Source of the DNA: Felis catus
Taxonomy: Eukaryota
Direction of reading: 5' to 3'
Length of the DNA stretch: 64,000 bases
Assembly: GCF_018350175.1 (NCBI RefSeq)
Contig: NC_058368.1
Coordinates: 113,586,001-113,650,000 of the forward strand
A program made the translations under genes and the position numbers. Below the pieces are notes generated by a model. It worked only from the letters and a program-made list of their open reading frames with translations. It ran no database searches and was not told the DNA's origin. This document shows, one piece after another, positions 61,099 through 64,000 of this stretch (positions within the stretch are counted from its first letter, which is position 1; each line of letters begins with the position of its first letter).

Positions 61099-61333
61099 GG
61101 GGAGCCTGGGTGGCTCAGTCGGTTAAGGGGCCGACTTCGGCCCTGGTCACGATCTCGCGGTCTGTGAGTTCGAGCCCCGTGTCGGGCTCTGTGCTAACAG
61201 CTCAGAGCCTGGAGCCTGTTTCAGATTCTGTGTCTCCCTCTCTCTGACCCTCCCCCGTTCATGCTTTGTCTCTCTCTGTCTCAAAAATAAATGCTAAAAA
61301 AAAAAAAAAATTAATTAAAAAATAAATAAATAA
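61099..61333 (+). mobile_element. Young Can-SINE (feliform type)
   Basis: GGGGAGCCTGGGTGGCTCAGTCGG, B box GAGTTCGAGCCC, CpG-rich; TSD TTTTAGTAAGCTCTG (61084-61098 / 61335-61349). Confidence 0.98.
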
Positions 61334-63204
61334 GTTTTAGTAAGCTCTGTATTTTTCCTCAAAGTTCTATTTTTCAAAGTCATCGCAGCCCACATAAGGT
61401 GCTGACAAAAAAGCCAGAAAATGTTTCAAATATGCCATGACTTGGGGCATCAAGGAAAGACTATCATGTAACCATGATAACTAATACTTATTGACGGCTA
61501 GGCAATGCGTGGGGCAAGTTTTTGCAATTAAGAGCTCACCGAATTTTATCAGGGAGAATTCAGAGCTCAGGTTCTTCACTCCCAGGTTATAATGCCTCTT
61601 TAGTAAAAGAAACAAACAAACAAAAAATCCATGACTTTGTCTCCATTACTGAAAAATATTTACTCCCTGCAGATGTCCACTACCAGAGAAGCTCACAGCC
61701 AAACAGAGTCTCATGTGAAGGCCAGACCATCTGCACGGCATCCTCACCAACAACGAGGAAAGGTTCGTGTAGGGATGAAAAGCAAAATTTTTTGTTCATG
61801 AAAAGTAAAGAAACCACAACGCTTGCTAATAACTCTGGCAGAGTTTCACTTTTCTGGACTCTTTCTGAGGTCAATATTCCCTGAAAATAACATAATTACT
61901 CTTCAGTCTCTCAAAACTGGCCTGAGTCAAGTCTCATCCACTACACTTGAATCAGTAGATTCATCTGCAGACGGAGGCCTGGTTTCCACTCATGGACTTG
62001 AAGATGACTGTGGTCCTCGTGCCCCTGCTGTGGGCAGCCGTGCATCTCAAAGCTGCGGCCAAGGACCCTGCAACCTCTGGCCAGTGGCATTATCGCCAGG
62101 CCACAGGGCAGAAGGCAACAGTGCTCTAACTGCAGCTCCAAAAAGGCCAATTCCTATTTCCTGTCCCCACAGCCAGGGGCCGTACCTAGCCAGCCTACTG
62201 TAACCCCCACCAGCCCACGCAGACCCTGCAGGTCCCGGCGACAAGTGTGAATGACTCCAGGAGAGACTCTCATTACTAGTGGAGCCTCCACTGGGAAGAG
62301 GCTCAAGCCAGCTTGGGACAGGAAGATTCACAAATGGACAAGGAGACCAGTGAGTCCTGCAAGGAAGCTATGCAGAGTCCTGACCCCCACCAGCGCCCAA
62401 GAGACGACTGCTCTGTCTTCATCCACACCGTCTAACCAGAAGGGCAAATCTGCATTTCCTAGAAAAGGGGGCCTTGGAAATGAAATGTATTACTCCTTGT
62501 TTGGGGGATCAAGAGGAAGAGCTTTAACAAAACCGGTCTTTGGGGTCATGCAGAGAGCCTGGCAGGGCAACCACCACGGTGGCCATCCAAGGGCCCCTTA
62601 CAAGGCCCTCAGCACAGCCCTCAGAACTTCAGAGGGCTTTTGAGAAGACAACAATGCTCCTAGCCAAGGAGATGGGTGCTCTGTGAGCAAATACCCAAAC
62701 ATGTGTGGTCCAAAGAACGGCTGGCAAGGAGGAAAGAAAAGGGTGGATCATAGAGAAGAAAGTCAGTCTGCCTCCATATAAACCAGGGGTGGTTCCTGCT
62801 ACCCAGAAGGAGGTCCTTCCACGGCCACGCACAGAGTTACTGCAAGAGCACCTACTGGAAACCTCTTCCCAGCCTACCCCTGAATGTCCTGCTTTGCTGG
62901 AGCCCAAGTCAGCAGACGCGTATGGAGGCAGAGCAAAGAGAAGGCCTGCCTCCCAGCAGAGGCTGCAGGGCATCCTTGCACCAAACCCAACATAAACCAG
63001 GGCCTGGGAACCAGGGGCAATCCCTGATGGTTTGAGGGTACCAGAACATTAGGGGACTTGGGTACCAAGTCCCACTCATGGAATCAATACAGCTGGAGAC
63101 AAAGTGGTCATGCTCAGGGGGTTCCTAGCTTTATGTTTGCTCTGACAAGTGTAAGGAACAGATTAATACGGTGGGGGGGGGGGGGTTGGAGAAACTTGGC
63201 AAAA

Positions 63205-63380
63205 TGATAACTAACAAAGGCGAAGGTTTATTAAGTGCTAGCCATGTGCTGGCTTTACCTTCATCATCTGATTTGGTCCTCACAATAATGCTCTGAAGCA
63301 GGTATTACTCACATTCTCACCTGAAAGGAGGAAATGAGGGCTTACAGAGGTTATGTAACTTGCCCAAGGTCACACAGCTC
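63205..63380 (-). mobile_element. MIR SINE
   Basis: TTTATTAAGTGCTAGCCATGTGCTGG...GAGGAAATGAGGGCTTACAGAGGTTATGTAACTTGCCCAAGGTCACACAGCT. Confidence 0.85.
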
Positions 63381-63500
63381 TGAGAAAAGCCTGCCTGCCG
63401 GAGCAGCGGTGTATCTAGGTGCAAACAATGCACATGCCCCTCTCCCCACACACTGCACAGAGCGGCCCCTGCCACTCCATGAATCCCAGGATCCCAGCAC

Positions 63501-63741
63501 TTTTTTTTTTTTTAATTAAAAAAAATTTTGGGGGGGGGTGTTTATTTTTCAGAGAGATAGAGAGAGAGACAAAGCGTGAGTCAGGGAGGGGCAGAGAGAG
63601 AAGGAGACACAGAATCTGAAACAGGCTCCAGGCTCTGAGCTGTCAGCACAGAGCCCGACGTGGGGCTTGATCTCACAAACCATGAACTCATGCCCTGAGC
63701 TGAAGTCAGCTGCTTAACCAACTGAGCCACCCAGGTACCCC
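63501..63741 (-). mobile_element. Can-SINE (feliform type)
   Basis: Poly(T) tail, ACAGGCTCCAGGCTCTGAGCTGTCAGCACAGAG, reverse head CTGAGCCACCCAGGTACCCC. Confidence 0.97.
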
Positions 63742-64000
63742 CAGCAACTCTTTCTTTTAGAGGAAAGCTCAGGGGATTTTCATTCCAGAAAGGCTTGCAT
63801 TCCATCTGAGATGTCAAGACTTAAGCCTCGGGTTTCTCCAGGAGGAAGAGCGCTCCTTTCAAGCATTTCTCTGTCCCTCCGAAGGAGCTGGGAGGAGTCC
63901 CACCTGCTCGTGAGGATTGCACCTGGAAGCCAGCACCGAAAAGCCAGGGAAGACAGGTTACAGGTGTAATGCTGTGGTGTCTGGGAGAAAACAGACCCGT

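Noticed and set aside
1..64000. Six-frame ORFs of 60-158 aa as protein-coding genes
   Set aside because: None resembles a protein family I recognise. Many begin at non-ATG codons, overlap on both strands or lie in repeats, as expected by chance in DNA of this composition.
1..64000. CRISPR array, operon, defence system or other prokaryotic or viral element
   Set aside because: There is no regularly spaced repeat-spacer array, no gene-dense segment and no gag/pol/env or transposase ORF. The recurring repeats are dispersed SINEs.

Overview
Mammalian nuclear DNA from a feliform carnivore (cat or a relative). The assignment rests on about 24 tRNA-derived Can-SINEs, many carrying the GCTGACAGCTCAGAGCCTGGAGCCTG segment of Fc-type subfamilies. 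The rest is ancient eutherian repeats (MIR, L2, L1M 3' ends, MLT1 LTRs, hAT MER5/20/33/58), microsatellites and unique AT-rich blocks that resemble enhancers. No ORF in the six-frame track is a recognisable protein. All recognisable L1 fragments and 18 of 24 SINEs lie on +, and the best splice-site pairs lie on -, so the window is probably intronic within a large minus-strand gene that I cannot name. The best candidate exons are 60688-60769, a 30-nt microexon at 54764-54793, and 19717-19873. I found no evidence of a new biological system. The most interesting items are the candidate exons and several nested retroposition events readable from target-site duplications (TSDs). Repeat families were called by eye against remembered consensus sequences, so old-repeat boundaries are approximate.
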